A DNA stretch of 63,286 bases, counting the filler, from Rhabdomonas costata (Eukaryota): the NCBI GenBank assembly GCA_019059605.1. It is 37 parts of 37 records of this genome, joined end to end, with 100 filler letters (N's around TTAATTAATTAA, not from the genome) between each part and the next. Parts side by side here need not be neighbours in the genome. Positions count along the whole stretch, not along the records: positions 12,002 to 13,616 come from JAHMHO010011970.1; positions 13,717 to 15,330 come from JAHMHO010011971.1; positions 15,431 to 17,044 come from JAHMHO010011972.1; positions 17,145 to 18,758 come from JAHMHO010011973.1; positions 18,859 to 20,472 come from JAHMHO010011974.1; positions 20,573 to 22,186 come from JAHMHO010011975.1; positions 22,287 to 23,895 come from JAHMHO010011976.1; positions 23,996 to 25,609 come from JAHMHO010011977.1; 29 more parts are not named here. One strand, written 5' to 3'. A program made the position numbers and the translations under genes. This document shows, piece after piece, positions 12,929 through 26,031 of this stretch; position 1 is the first letter of the stretch; the number at the start of each line of letters is the position of its first letter. The notes beneath the pieces were generated by a model. It worked only from the letters and a program-made list of their open reading frames with translations, was not told the origin of the DNA and did no database searches.

Positions 12929-14660
12929 GTGGGCAAGGGTGCCTTTGGGCACAGAAAGGAATTTCGCAACGGGTGGGTTCGGCAGAAATCAAGAAATCAA
13001 GAAGAAACGAAGGATCTGGGTGAAAAAAAAGGGCACACAAATCGGTGGGAAAGTGATGTGGATGATGAGGGCGTTTGGAGCAGAAAAAGTGTGATGAAAA
13101 CCAATGAGTAAAAAACGTCGATGAAAGAAAATGAGGAGAATCGGATAGATGGGAAAAAGAAAGAGAAGATAAACCCAGGAGGAAACGGAACTGCGCAGCG
13201 GCGGAGGACGGTGAAGACACACAAATGGAAGGGAAAGGGCGGAACTAGAAGCACTGTTCACATGGAAGAAGTAACCCTTTATGTAGAATACTACTAGAAT
13301 TCTTAGAAGGAAGTTTTATTGCCACCGATCAAGAAGGTTAACCGGCCAGAGCTTGCCAACTTTTGCGAACTCTTGCCAGCTCTTTTGCGCTCAAAGAATT
13401 TTTATCGCTTTCCCTCAATTCGAAATTTAGAAAGGTTTTCCTCAAGTGAATGGTTAGACGAACAGTCTTGGAGGTTCACGACGACTGGACCGCACACTTA
13501 AACCTACATACAAGTACGCACAACCGTTTCAACGTATGTTTAGGTGTCAGACTTCGATGGATCAAGCAGGATCACAGATGAAATGTGATGACATTAAGGC
13601 ACGAGTGCTTTATGCGNNNNNNNNNNNNNNNNNNNNNNNNNNNNNNNNNNNNNNNNNNNNTTAATTAATTAANNNNNNNNNNNNNNNNNNNNNNNNNNNN
13701 NNNNNNNNNNNNNNNNCGCAGCTGGCCTAAGAAAGAGGCCTTGTGAGAAGTGCGGAAGTAAAGCCCTGTACGAAGAGTTCGAGGCTCCCTCTATTCATGC
13801 CCAAATTCTTGATTTTGGGTGGCAAGGGAGGGGCCAAAGAATCACCTTTGGGATCACTCATTCGCTGCGGTGCCGGATCCCGCAGAAGAGCCAGTGGAGA
13901 ACATGACCCCTCGAACAGGGGGACACACAGAATAAAAAACGGCGAAACCAGAGCAATGACCTGGAAAAGTTGGCAGTTCTGACAATATTTCGCGCTCCAG
14001 CTTGAAGAATACCCGTTAGATTCAGTGTGGTCAAAAATGGGGGGAGAAGAATTTTCCTTCCCCCGCCACCCCACAAGCCCCAACCGAGTTTCAGGGTGTG
14101 TGACGAATACTCGATTATCTTGTGAAAAAAAACCACCAGTCCAGCCCAGCCCTGCCCTGCCTTGCCCGTCCCCCCCGCCTCCGTCCAAAGTCAGCACAGG
14201 AAGTGCAGACTGTCACAGAGCTCAAACTGGTGCCGAGTGGCATTGGGGTTCCCAAACACAGCTCAAACAAGGGGAACTGCCTGGTGGCATAACATTCGCA
14301 CCCCCAGTGACAATCACAACGCAAGCGATCTTCACGTGCAAACATCTCTCAGAACCTTCGGCACACCAAGTGATCCCTTCGCACGAACACCTCGAACTCC
14401 CCACAACTTCACTGAACACCCTTCTTTGTGGCATTTTGAAAAAGCCACGGCCTTAGCATCCATCCATCCATCCATCCATCCCACCCATACATCCGTCCGT
14501 CCATCCATTCATCGATTCGTTGATCGATCGATGCAATCATCCGTTCTCAGTGCCCAGGGCGGGAGCAGCGGCAGCCTTCCTTCCCTGACGCCTGTGCAGC
14601 AGCAGCAGCAGCAGCAGCTAGCTGCTCGGCTGTCACCTGATGGTTCTGCTGGGAGAGGTT

Positions 14661-14983
14661 TCAGGTGCAAGTGGCCTTGCCCACTGCCGCGCAGACCTCA
14701 GAGACCACCGCGGAGAGGTTTCCTGCCTGAACCTCAGAGTACCGAGAGCCTGTTCCCCACAGCACTCGCACCCGCATCCCCAGGGCCCGAGCCAGGAACT
14801 CGAAGTTCTGGTCGGGGTACCCGCGGGGCCGGATCTCAATCATGGTCGCTGTCGGGGGCATGAACAGCACCAGGGTCAGCCCCGAGCCATGGGGCCCAAC
14901 GATGACCTGGGCGGAGGCCAGCTTGGCCAGGCCCGCTCGCGCGTCATTGCGGTACACTCCCAGAAACTCCTGAGTGGCCTCAC
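14661..14983 (-). CDS. Glycosyltransferase family 61 (DUF563) protein, last exon
   Basis: AQVIVGPHGSGLTLVLFMPPTATMIEIRP...FEFLARALGM matches the GT61 pattern vGxHGAGL..LF....viEi.P. It ends at TGA. Confidence 0.85.
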
Positions 14984-17900
14984 CTGGGGGCACGGAAACC
15001 AGCACAGGAAGGCGAACGGAAATCATAAGAGACAGCGAGAGACAGGCAGGTATTTGCCTCCACAAAATCGGATACTTGTGCTTGTGCGCTTTCGGTTGTG
15101 TGTGTAATTCCTTCACTTACTGGAGAGTTAGCAAGTGTTAAATGTCCTCACCGGGAGTAGAGGGTGGTTAAAACGAGTTCACCCCGAGAAAGAAAACTGT
15201 CCAACACTGAATACAAGTCAACACCCAGAACCCGCGGCACCTCATTAACACCCATCCCACATCCACTTTCAAACCCACCTGGAAAGATTGTCCTGAGCCT
15301 TCGGAAGAGCTCACCGTGCTCCCACAACCCNNNNNNNNNNNNNNNNNNNNNNNNNNNNNNNNNNNNNNNNNNNNTTAATTAATTAANNNNNNNNNNNNNN
15401 NNNNNNNNNNNNNNNNNNNNNNNNNNNNNNGGGGTGGGTTGAGCTACCACCCCCACTCGATCTCCTTAGATTCCGTCTTCCCCAGTGAGAGTTGTTCTCA
15501 CCAGCGGTTGGCTTGTGGAGGTGCCCTCCCCTTGTGAGCTAAGTGCTGGCTGCTGTGCCTGTAGCCGTGCTGGTCCCTTGGGAGCTCCAATTTACCCCGC
15601 ACCTCTTGCACCTCTTCAGGATTTCCTTCGGGTTTGAACTTTTTGCTGCCCTCCTGCCCAGTTTGGGTATGCGCCCTATGTACTTCTCCTTCGTGCGTGG
15701 CTCGGGCGGACTGTCGCTGTCAGGTGTCTGGGGGTTACTGATCCTCCGTTTTGAAGTTCCCAAGAGATGGGGTCAACCTCTGAGCCGGCGAAGAGGGAAG
15801 GGGCTCTTGTGAAGCGTGGTGCCCGGAACCCACAGTGGTGCTCGAATGCAGTGCAGCAGTATAAGTTTTCAACTGAGACAAAGCACCTGAAAATTTGGGG
15901 CCGCGAAACGCAGGCAAGCGGCCTTGAAGCATCCGGCTTGAGGGCTTGAGGACACTTCATTGGCCACAACAGCATCCAAAAAAAGTTGGCATCCGTACCA
16001 AAGAACTTTTTCGCGAAGTTCCCCCGACAGTTCCGGGGACCAATACCCGCTCTCCCCTCTACGACTCCAACGCCAGCCTACCCGTTACTTCTCCACGTAA
16101 TTTTTTTCAAGTTTGTGTGAATTGGTTGCAATGCGTGTAATTGACGAATAGGAGTTGTAGAGTGGCGGAATGCCATCGGTCTTCTTTCGAGAGTCCGACG
16201 GAACATCGTTCAGTCGTACGTTTAGGTCTGATCGCTGGGAGCTATGTGCCACCCCCCGTCGTAATCTCTATTTCTCTATTTCTCTCTTCCCCGCAGGCGA
16301 TGCTTGCTCTGCCCCGAGTTCTCTGCCTACCTTTCTTTCGATCCTTCCCCTCGTACTGCACAGGGCCCCACTTCGTGGGCGCACGACAGGCCCTCTCTTC
16401 GGCCCCTTTGCAACAGAAACAGTCGCTGAGATCTACACGCCCAACTCCATTAGCCTTCTCCACGGTTGTCGCATGCCTCTGCAATTTGGGATGAGACATC
16501 CCATTGCTTACCGCTAGCAGCAATGCAATAACGAGAAGAATAAATCATCTGATGATTCTTATTCGGATTGGAACCGGTGAGAACCCTAGACTCTAGTCTG
16601 ACTCGAGAGTGCGTGACTCGAGAATAGCCCAATAGGTGTATTACGGTTTCCAACAACTCCGGTGTCGCTGCGCTGTGTCGTTTTTCGAAGGCCCCTGAGA
16701 CCTCTTGATGCGCTTATTTTTGTGCGTACTCTTGATCCGTGCCAAAACGCTTCCGACAGTGCATTTCAAACACGGTCATCAAGTCAGCATGCTTTCATTT
16801 TCCTTTAACTCCAGGGTACATGGGAAAGTCTGTTTCTGGTCTGCTTTCTGTGACATTGCTTTCTCTGACGCAGTCGTTCGTTTTCGTCTCGTCTGGGTAA
16901 ATTGTTTTCTGTGGTGCTGTTTCGCTGAAGCGCCTTTGCCGTTTGCGCAGATGGCTGCAACCGTGACCCCTGCTCCCTCGCTGCGGGTGTCCGTGGGCGA
17001 CCCCTCCACTCTGAGCTCTCCTCTGGAGCTCACCACAACGCATANNNNNNNNNNNNNNNNNNNNNNNNNNNNNNNNNNNNNNNNNNNNTTAATTAATTAA
17101 NNNNNNNNNNNNNNNNNNNNNNNNNNNNNNNNNNNNNNNNNNNNGTTTTTTGTATTTGGGAATATTTTTGTTCAATTTCATAATATTTCTTCCAATTCAG
17201 TTGCCGTGATTGCAACCGATTCCTCACCTACTGAGAAAACATTAATCTTTCACTTCGAATTTTGCATTGCCGTTTGGAGCTCACGCAAAAATTTTTATTT
17301 TGTTTATACTGGAGCTACCAAGCACAATGAACTGTAAGTTTTGCATGGTCATTTCATTTTCGAACTCAATAAATGAAGCTTCAGTTAAAAAGTAGCACCT
17401 ATGTGGTGCATTAGAGCTCCTATCTACTACCGTGGCCAGCATCAACATCAACATCAACTGAAAGCAGCGGTTACAAAAATAGGAATGGACAATCCTGACA
17501 GTCAAAGATGCCAATAATTTGCAATGGATAAAAATCTGGCTGATTATCGACTATCACTATGTACGATTTTGGATTAGTTTGGTAATATGGTTACTCCTGA
17601 TCAACTGCGGATATTCTTTTGTGCACTACTGTTGGTGCTTTGAAACCATTTCATTGTTTTGCTTCTGACTTTAAAATAGGTTGTTCATTCATAGCAACTT
17701 AAAAAGAGTTTGTTATGGAGAATTATTGCGCGTGTTATGTTGATATAAAAAATAACTAAAGTCTCAACAATTTCGTATACAATAGGAACCAAACGTTAAA
17801 ATTTTATCACTCATGTGGCAGTAAACAATATGTTACAGATGAGGTAGCGTACGTACCTTACTGTGTAGCTATGTGTTGGTGTGTAGGTGTGTTGTTCCAA

Positions 17901-19359
17901 TAAAATGAATTGCATATTGTGGAAGTCACTTCTATTTTGTTCATCCCAATTAATCCACAATAGTACAGTTTTCAAAATAGGCCGCATTATTAAAGTTTAA
18001 TTTAACTCCAATTTCAACGGCTGCTATGACTTGATTCGTACCAAGTTGCGTCAGTATAGTTCCTACTTACCAACACAAGACCATGCAGAGGACACAGTTG
18101 CACAGTCCTTATGCACTGATTTCACATTGGAAGATGACTGGTCTTTTACTTTTTTACTAATCTTCTCTCCAAGATGATTGATGTATATACATAGCCTGAC
18201 CCATGTCTTGCAGATGACTTTGACCAAATGGCACTCAGAAAAATCTGGAAATGTCTGTGTAACACGCACGTAACTTTACAATCTGTCTGTTCATGTAAAA
18301 CACATGAGCAATCTGCACCGTTACACTATCAGCGCCAATAAGTAGGACGTCTACAGTAGAAGACCGAATACCGATAATCCAAAATTTTCGCCTTGTGAAA
18401 TCCACTTTCCACTGTTGATGTCTATTCCTGTAAACACTAGTATATATAGCAAGATATCAGGATAGTAGGAACATGGAATGAAGTTGCACTAACTCTAGAT
18501 GAGAGGGAAAAAGCAACTGTGGAATGGATCCACACACCACAAACCTTACACACCTTCACTACATGCAAAGATGCTGATACACGCCACAAAACCACACACA
18601 ACACAACACAAACAACGCAACACAACACAAATCACAAACCACACTCGCAAAAGCATAACAGATCTGACCAACAACCTCACACAACCCTGAAATTCCACTG
18701 CTTTACCTCTTAATATTTAATCTGTTGATGTAAAACATATGTATGAAACTACCAAGCANNNNNNNNNNNNNNNNNNNNNNNNNNNNNNNNNNNNNNNNNN
18801 NNTTAATTAATTAANNNNNNNNNNNNNNNNNNNNNNNNNNNNNNNNNNNNNNNNNNNNGTGGTGGGTGTGTTTGGGGTGTTTGGGTCCAGTTCTCCTCGC
18901 GTAGAGTCGCCCCAATGACGGTTTCCCACGTCCGAACGAGGATCAGGTTGAAAATTGATCACTGAGTGGCATATTTTTTTTATCCCCGCTCGCACCCTTT
19001 TTTGGGGATCGTACAGGTCGCCCAAGTGTCATCGTTGTTTATTTTTGCAGCAGAACCCAGAAAGAATGTCCATTCTTTTCTCCCTTGCTTTCGTGCCTCC
19101 TTTGGTAACTAACTAAGCCCATAGCTTGGTGATACACGCACATATGCTGTGGTGTAGTGTCAACTGGTCGCATAGGGCCTTTTGACTTGTGCCAACCTGC
19201 GGTTTGCCACAATAGCTCAGAAGCGAAGAAGAACTGATACCCACCATCCAACCCAAGTCCCAACCTATACCACCAAGTACGAGTAGATAGCCACTCCTAC
19301 TCCGCTCATGTCCACTACGTGACCTTTCGCTCGTTACGAAGAGAAAGAGCAGGGCTGTT

Positions 19360-19775
19360 AGCGCGTTGCATACAAAATGGACCGGGCAAAACTTTGGCGT
19401 GAAGTGCACATTTTTATTTGCATTGTTTGCATCGCATTTTTGGTGTCGCCACTTTGCAATTTTTCTCCCGTCCTCAGAAAAATGGAACAGGGCAAACGAT
19501 GCAGCGGATCATGGGAGTTTCCGTACCACCCAAGGGGGTACCCACTTTGGTGCTTTGCCCTTTTTATAGTGCGGGCTTCCAGGAGCCCTACAACCACTTT
19601 GTCATTCCACATAAACTAGTGCGAGAAAAAAGAACGGGGGAAAACCGGGGACTCAGCCAGCGTGAAGGTGGCCTTCGGTGTTGATGTAACCTTGGCTTTT
19701 TCTCTTAGACTGCATTTGGCACCAGAGCAGCTTGCAACACACCTCGAACTCTCCAGGAAACTGCTTTACCCTGGT
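19360..19775 (-). mobile_element. Possible highly decayed hAT/CGGBP1-like transposase relic
   Basis: Short patches in different frames, RVKQFPGEFEVCCKLLWC (like the CGGBP zinc-finger start) and VHFVCNA (like HxxCxAH), interrupted by stops. Confidence 0.25.
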
Positions 19776-20605
19776 CAAGGCTTTTCAATTTATCACGTAT
19801 TCGACAGTTTTCTTCTCTGCATTGCCGGAGTTTTGTCAGAACCTTTTCCCTCCGTAACAACGCATTCCAAGCCAAAAATTCCGGAGAGGTCGAAAATGCA
19901 AATTTTGCTGGTTGCTGGTCCCAGCGCGAATGTAGCGAACGTTGTCACTGGGCAGGTTGGTGCGTCATCCTCCCGCATCCTCCCGTCTGCCGTGCCAAAA
20001 GAGTCGGGAGGGGCGCTCAACAGCGAGTCAAGAGGGGCCTGGGACGTTGGGGCGCGCTGCTCGTGCCGTCTGCAGGATCGTGTTCTTTTCAAATTGGCCT
20101 GTTGCTCACCATTCCCACCCCTTTTTGCGCAGCAATCAACTCTTCACTTTTGCTTTGCCTCTCCCTTCAGCTTGTGCTACAAACCCTTCAAAAGAAGAAA
20201 CTGCCCTGAAGAACTAAACCACTCTATCGCATTCCTTTTGTTTTCCTGATCACCCCACTTTCCCCCTCCCTCCCTCCCTCCCTCTGCGAATCCTGGACAA
20301 GAAAAGAGACCACCACAAACCTTCACAGATTTTTTGCACAGACCTTTCGTGTATCTTCACTCCTCTCTCTCATCTCTGTCTCTCTCTCTGTTTCTCTCAC
20401 TCTGTCTCTGTCCTCCCGTCTTTTACGCTATCCTGTACTCGGTGCTTTCGACGCCTTTGTGCGGGAAAAGTTNNNNNNNNNNNNNNNNNNNNNNNNNNNN
20501 NNNNNNNNNNNNNNNNTTAATTAATTAANNNNNNNNNNNNNNNNNNNNNNNNNNNNNNNNNNNNNNNNNNNNGTTCTGGACTTTTTGGTTTCTTTGCCCA
20601 GCTCT

Positions 20606-20700
20606 CCTCCCATTCCGCCGCCCATCCCTCCCATGCCACCGCCCATGCCCATTCCACCGCCCATGCCGCCGCCCATGCCACCCATGCCACCGCCGTACAT
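20606..20700 (-). CDS. Start of a protein with a Gly/Met-rich N-terminus (MYGGGMGGMGGG...), truncated by a fold-back
   Basis: An ATG at 20700 is followed by GGM repeats that use varied synonymous codons. Confidence 0.5.
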
Positions 20701-22498
20701 CTTCCCGAGGAGTGAGTGGGAAAAAGGGAGAAGAGCTGGGCAAAGAAACCAAAAAGTCCAGAAGCAACTGAAAACAGATTTACTCTGCATGAACTGGCAA
20801 CTTAACGGCGCCCAGTAGTTAGCATGAAAAAGGCAGGCTTCACCCGAAAAGGTCCATCTTTGGGAAGAGTCATATGGCCACTGAATATACGCGAGGGGAA
20901 CTCAAATTAGGCAGTCTGCCGCTGCAGTTTACAGCGGAAGTGGCCCAGAGCAAGGGTCTACTAATGGGGAATGTTTTTGGGGAACTCTTTCCCCACGCGG
21001 TCTGCTCAACCGTTCGCAGTTCAGCGTTTACGTTTGCAATCGAAATCCAGATATCAGCGCCGCTGGCGGCGCCGTCACATTTGGTTAGTTGGTTAATTCT
21101 TGCGACGGCGTCCATTTGCGTTCGAGGTAATCTTTCCACCCTTTCTCTTGAAGGAGATAACCCCCCCCCTGAATCCAGTCAGAAAAGTGCCCATCGCACC
21201 GAAAGACGCGGCGGGGAGTGATAAGAGCTCCAACCAGTTCGTGCTGAAACACAACACGAAAAAGTACGGAAGAGAAGTAGATCGAACCGCCCACGAAAAG
21301 CATATCACTGGTAGAACTTAGTCCCGCTCGAATGCACGTAGTGAAGAGCGGAGCAGCACTTTGTGGCACCGAAAAAGATGAGGCAGAAAAGACCCAAACC
21401 CCACGAATGGTGGTGCAAAAGTCAGCATGGGTGAGCAACTGCAGTGCTTGCGGCCAACCAAGGACGCGCACTCTCACTGCGGAGTGGCAGAGGTGAGCTC
21501 CGGAACGGGGGAATAGTAAGGTACCTCCGTGGCACGAATCTACAATCCACACGCAAAAAAATCAGAAAAAGCAAACTGCGTCGTCGTCTACTTGTACAAA
21601 GCATATCATGCCTCTTTGCCCCAGTGTAACACCAACCGATGCCCCATTCTTCGCTTTCATGTATTCAATTCCCGTTCTGATTTGGTGTGGACAGGCTGTC
21701 CTGATGTCCTGATGTTCTGAGATCTGTTCTTATGATGGAGTCTGTGCTTCATGCTCATCTTCCCGCATCCCTCTGCATAATGTGCATACTATTGCTCCGA
21801 TGCTTGGTTGCCCAGCGTCTTCATTACCGCCCCGAACTCCAAACGTTTCGATGAAGCTGCAACTTACCTGTGCAATCCTTTGACTCAAGTGATTAGTGTT
21901 GGAAAACAAGAAAAATGAAAACAACCAGAAAGCAGTGCTTGGAAGGCAACCGCTCCGCCTCCGCACAACCCTCGTTGACCCTCGTTTTTACTTCCCACAA
22001 GCGCCCCCCGCCCTTCCACCGCCTCCCTGTCTTCTCCAGGCTCTTCTCTCACGTCGTGGCATGGGGGGTGGCTCAACACCGGGGGCCCCATGAATAAACA
22101 CCTTCTTTTGTCAGAGCCATGGAGTGATCTCTCCCACCACACACCATGATAATCTCTTTGCCTTCCAAGGCATCAACCTTCTTCGGNNNNNNNNNNNNNN
22201 NNNNNNNNNNNNNNNNNNNNNNNNNNNNNNTTAATTAATTAANNNNNNNNNNNNNNNNNNNNNNNNNNNNNNNNNNNNNNNNNNNNTTGTGGTTTTAAAA
22301 TTTCTAGGCACCGCATGTACACTGCAATATTGCAAAGATGCGCAGCGAAACATCAGACCTGGAATAACCAAAAAGATTACATACTCAATTCAATTTCGAC
22401 ATTAAAACAACAATGCGCAGAAACCGTAGAAGAGACAACCTCTTGGCGTAAAGCCTCGCATCTATCCATCCACCCACCCACCCACACACGCCGGGTAC

Positions 22499-23529
22499 CG
22501 CAGCGTTCTTGCCCTCCTCGTGGTGCACAAAGACGGTGTCCCACTGCAGGGGCTTGCCAAAGCGGTCCACCACCACAGCCTTGGCCCCGGTGCGTAGCCC
22601 AGGATCCAGCGCCAGCACCACCTTGGGCCCCGCGGGGGGCCGCAGCAGAACCTGCCGCACATTCTCCGCAAAAACCTGCGGCCAAAAAGAAACAGAATCA
22701 ACAACAAAACCAAGAAATATGCAAGGTGGGCAAAAAATCACTCCGCTGGGGAAAATAACATCGGATTAATGGGAATCACTCGGTGTCTGGTAAAGTACAA
22801 TTTCTTATGAGACTTCGGAGAAGGAGGGGGTGGGACCGGTCTCGCCGTGGGCGCCTCTGGGACTCAGATACCTACCCCATAAATGTCCATCGCCCAGCTC
22901 AGCCGTAGAGATTTGACAAAACCCGGGCCATCACTGTGGAAATCATGGACAACAATTCGCGCTCTCGCTTGCAAAGGCCCGTCAGGTGCAGTTTTCTCCC
23001 GATTATGAAGGATTATCACGGAGAGTTTCGAAAAAAATTTCCATTCCATAGCCATATTTAGACTCATATTTTTTTGCCTGGGTTTGGCCCATATTAGGAC
23101 ATTTTAACCGAAAATTCGACCCCCTGGACCCGAATCATCATTGTTGAATTGGAAACTATGATGGTAGTATGTCGAAATGAGTACACGCGGGTACAAAGGT
23201 TGACGAGAAAGGTTGTCGTCATGCATTAAACGTGACGCCAAATGATCTGGACCACCTAGTGCATGTGCTGGGCACATAGCGACACGGAGGAATCCATAAG
23301 CGCAACCACAGCCAGACGCGCGGGTGTGCGCCCCCCACCCCCCTCACACCTTCACGGCAGGCTCTTCTGCGGTGTGCTTGAGGCGGGCACGCAGCGGGTT
23401 TTGGGCCCGTGCCAGCACCGCAGCCCAGGCCTTGGGTAGGGCTTCGCGCAGCCCCTCGCAGTGCGCCGCCGCAGGAAAGTGTAGCAGCACCCGAGCCATC
23501 CCGGCGGAGGAGGCCACACTGATCGTGGC
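22499..23529 (-). CDS. Tex/SRBD1-family RNA-binding protein (YqgF-like domain), exons 23529-23350 and 22675-22499
   Basis: The spliced ...KAWAAVLARAQNPLRARLKHTAEEPAVK|VFAENVRQVLLRPPAGPKVVLALDPGLRTGAKAVVVDRFGKPL matches the Tex pattern VFAxNL..LL..P...LDPGxRTGxK. The intron is a phase-0 GT-AG. Confidence 0.88.
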
Positions 23530-24274
23530 CTGGAAAAAAAAGGATACGGTGCCAACTGCATCGTTTGGGGAGAGGTTGGTGAAAATGTGAAGATGTGAAG
23601 ATGAGATTTGTCAAGATGAATGCATCGGAAGGAAACCTGCCCTTGCACAAAACAGCCGCAACCACTTTTTACGTTTTCCAAGGGATTCCAATTTCTCACC
23701 CTAAAGTCATTCCCAATTCCACGGGAAGCTTTCAAAAGCTTTCGAATCGGCGGGGGGAACTGGGATTCCATTCTTCATATGAGCCTGCAACCTGACATAC
23801 ACTGAGCGAGTGTGTGCAGTGTTAGTGTACGGACGGGCAAAACCTTCAGTGCACCCGCGCGCTCGCCCCGCAGCACGGCCAGAACACAACCAAAANNNNN
23901 NNNNNNNNNNNNNNNNNNNNNNNNNNNNNNNNNNNNNNNTTAATTAATTAANNNNNNNNNNNNNNNNNNNNNNNNNNNNNNNNNNNNNNNNNNNNTTGTG
24001 GGTTGACACGGAACTTGACTCACTATTCAGTGGACAAGTTCCACGTGCTTGCAGCGTCCAAGCAAAACGGACGAAGCTGCGTATTGCCCACGGAATTCAA
24101 CAACAAGCCATTGCAAATTCGACTGCACAGCAAACGTAATTCTACTGCCGCTGACAACTGCAAGCATGACAGATAATTGATTGATAAATGATTGATAAAT
24201 GATCGAATCCTCAGTCCAGAATTCACATAAGGCAACCATTTAAAAAAACACCCACAAGAATGATGAACATACAC

Positions 24275-25063
24275 GCCTGATCACAAAGCAGCAGGTGTAC
24301 TGCACCAAATTTGGCATTCCGGACATCATTGACCGCACCAGCTGTGTGTCCGCGGAAAGCCGCGACGACAGCTCTCCGGACTTCGTGGTATCAAACCAGC
24401 CCACCTCCTGCCGCAGCACCGCCGCGAAGAACTCCGTGCGCAGCCTCCGGAGCTGGTTCTCCCCCGCAACGATCCAGAAGGAAACCCCAACCGAGGCAAG
24501 TACCCAGCACCCCATCCCAAACAGGACCATCAATAAGGACCAGTTGGCAACCTGGATGAAAAGTCAACCACAAACAAATGAGAACGATAGAAGCATCGCT
24601 GTGAAAAACAGACTTTTCCCGAAAAAAGCACAACAGCGGAAAAGTACCCTCTTGCAGTTCGCACCTGAGAGGACAATGTCGCGGAACTTTTTCCCAGACT
24701 GTCCAGTAGCTCTCCCCATGCAAACGCAAAGGCAGGCAGCCCACCACCCATCGCTCCGGAGGCAAGACTGCCGACCACCATCAGGACCCAGTCCCACGCC
24801 GTGGCAAACCGGAACAGCTGGCGGAATGACACTCGTTGTCCCTCCGCACTGGTGGCCTCATTTTGGTTTTTGGGGGTCTCCGAAAGGGAAGAGCACTCCT
24901 TCGGGACCGAGTTCGAAGGTTCCACGGAAGCTTCGAAGAAAGACTTTGTCGTGGTTGGTATGGAGAGCGCAGACTCGGGCCCATCCAAGATACGGCTGGT
25001 TTCAGGCCCCAATTCCAAGCAAACAGCTAGACGAGCTGACACCCCCGAAGCCACGGTTGACAT
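24275..25063 (-). CDS. ABCB/MDR (P-glycoprotein-type) transporter, first two exons
   Basis: VSFRQLFRFATAWDWVLMVVGSLAS...LPAF is followed by AGENQLRRLRTEFFAAVLRQEVGWFD...GELSSRLSADT, the canonical ABCB TMD1. Confidence 0.92.
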
Positions 25064-25746
25064 TGAAAAAATGGTGACGGAAAAACTGCACAAAGAGCAA
25101 AAAATGAGATGCTAACCCTAGGTACCCTATAAATGAGTCTTTGTTAGGTCCGAAGGCAAGGACGACACCCGAGATTGTTCGATTTCTTCAAAATTTTCCA
25201 GAGGGTGTCTCACGCCAACCGATGGGCTCATCGTCAGTCCAACTACTGCAGCAATGCTGAAGTCAGCGTAAAGGTATGAGAATGGTCCAGATTACTGATG
25301 GTTCAGCTCCGTATTTTCGTGAAGTAAAACAAAAAAATCTTCATCTTTGAGAGATGGGATTTAAAGGAACATCAAATGAAGGATCAACTTCCAGCTGATT
25401 TGAATCCATACATCATTTACTAATGCACGACTAACATTTCAACAATTTGCCCGAGAAACTGAGAAAAAATTTAAAAGCATCGCGAAGCCCACCCAACCCA
25501 GACTCGTTCAACGAAAAGTCAAAGAAACAGACCAACAAAAGAAACTTTGTGTCACGGAATCCATGCACGCGCAACTCCACAAAGGTCAACGAAGCCGCCC
25601 CCCCCACAANNNNNNNNNNNNNNNNNNNNNNNNNNNNNNNNNNNNNNNNNNNNTTAATTAATTAANNNNNNNNNNNNNNNNNNNNNNNNNNNNNNNNNNN
25701 NNNNNNNNNGGGTTTGGTGGTCTGCAATCTCCCTGTGGGTTTTCAG

Positions 25747-26031
25747 GTAATGATGCCACAAATGGACGGGCTGGAGGCCACGCGGAGGATCCGCGCCGAC
25801 CCGCGGTACTCCGGGGTGCTAATCATTGGGGTCACCGGGCACTGTGGGCGGGAGGCCTTGCAGCAGTGCCTGCAGGCTGGGATGACCGCGGCGATGGGCA
25901 AGCCCGTGGACACCCCGGCTCTGCTGACCCTGCTGCGGCAGCACCCGGGGGCCCCAAACCCCATCCTTTCCACGCCCTCTGTGGATCACCCCTCGGGCAT
26001 AGCTGCCAGCACCAGCACCTCTGCCCTGTAA
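25747..26031 (+). CDS. Response-regulator receiver domain, last exon (probably a hybrid histidine kinase)
   Basis: VMMPQMDGLEATRRIR...IIGVTG...CLQAGM...KPVD follows a CAG acceptor and ends at TAA. Confidence 0.88.
   Translation, partial: VMMPQMDGLEATRRIRADPRYSGVLIIGVTGHCGREALQQCLQAGMTAAMGKPVDTPALLTLLRQHPGAPNPILSTPSVDHPSGIAASTSTSAL

Noticed and set aside
13319-13501. LERFSSSEWLDEQ as the start of a Ulp1 protease
   Set aside because: It is too short, and no catalytic His/Asp/Cys region follows.
20606-20700. GGM repeats as the GroEL/Hsp60 or Hsp70 C-terminal tail
   Set aside because: The repeats follow an initiator ATG with no chaperone sequence upstream.
20574-20763. 32-bp inverted repeat around the GGM-repeat ORF
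   Set aside because: One arm is the contig start, which indicates a chimeric fold-back truncating the gene.
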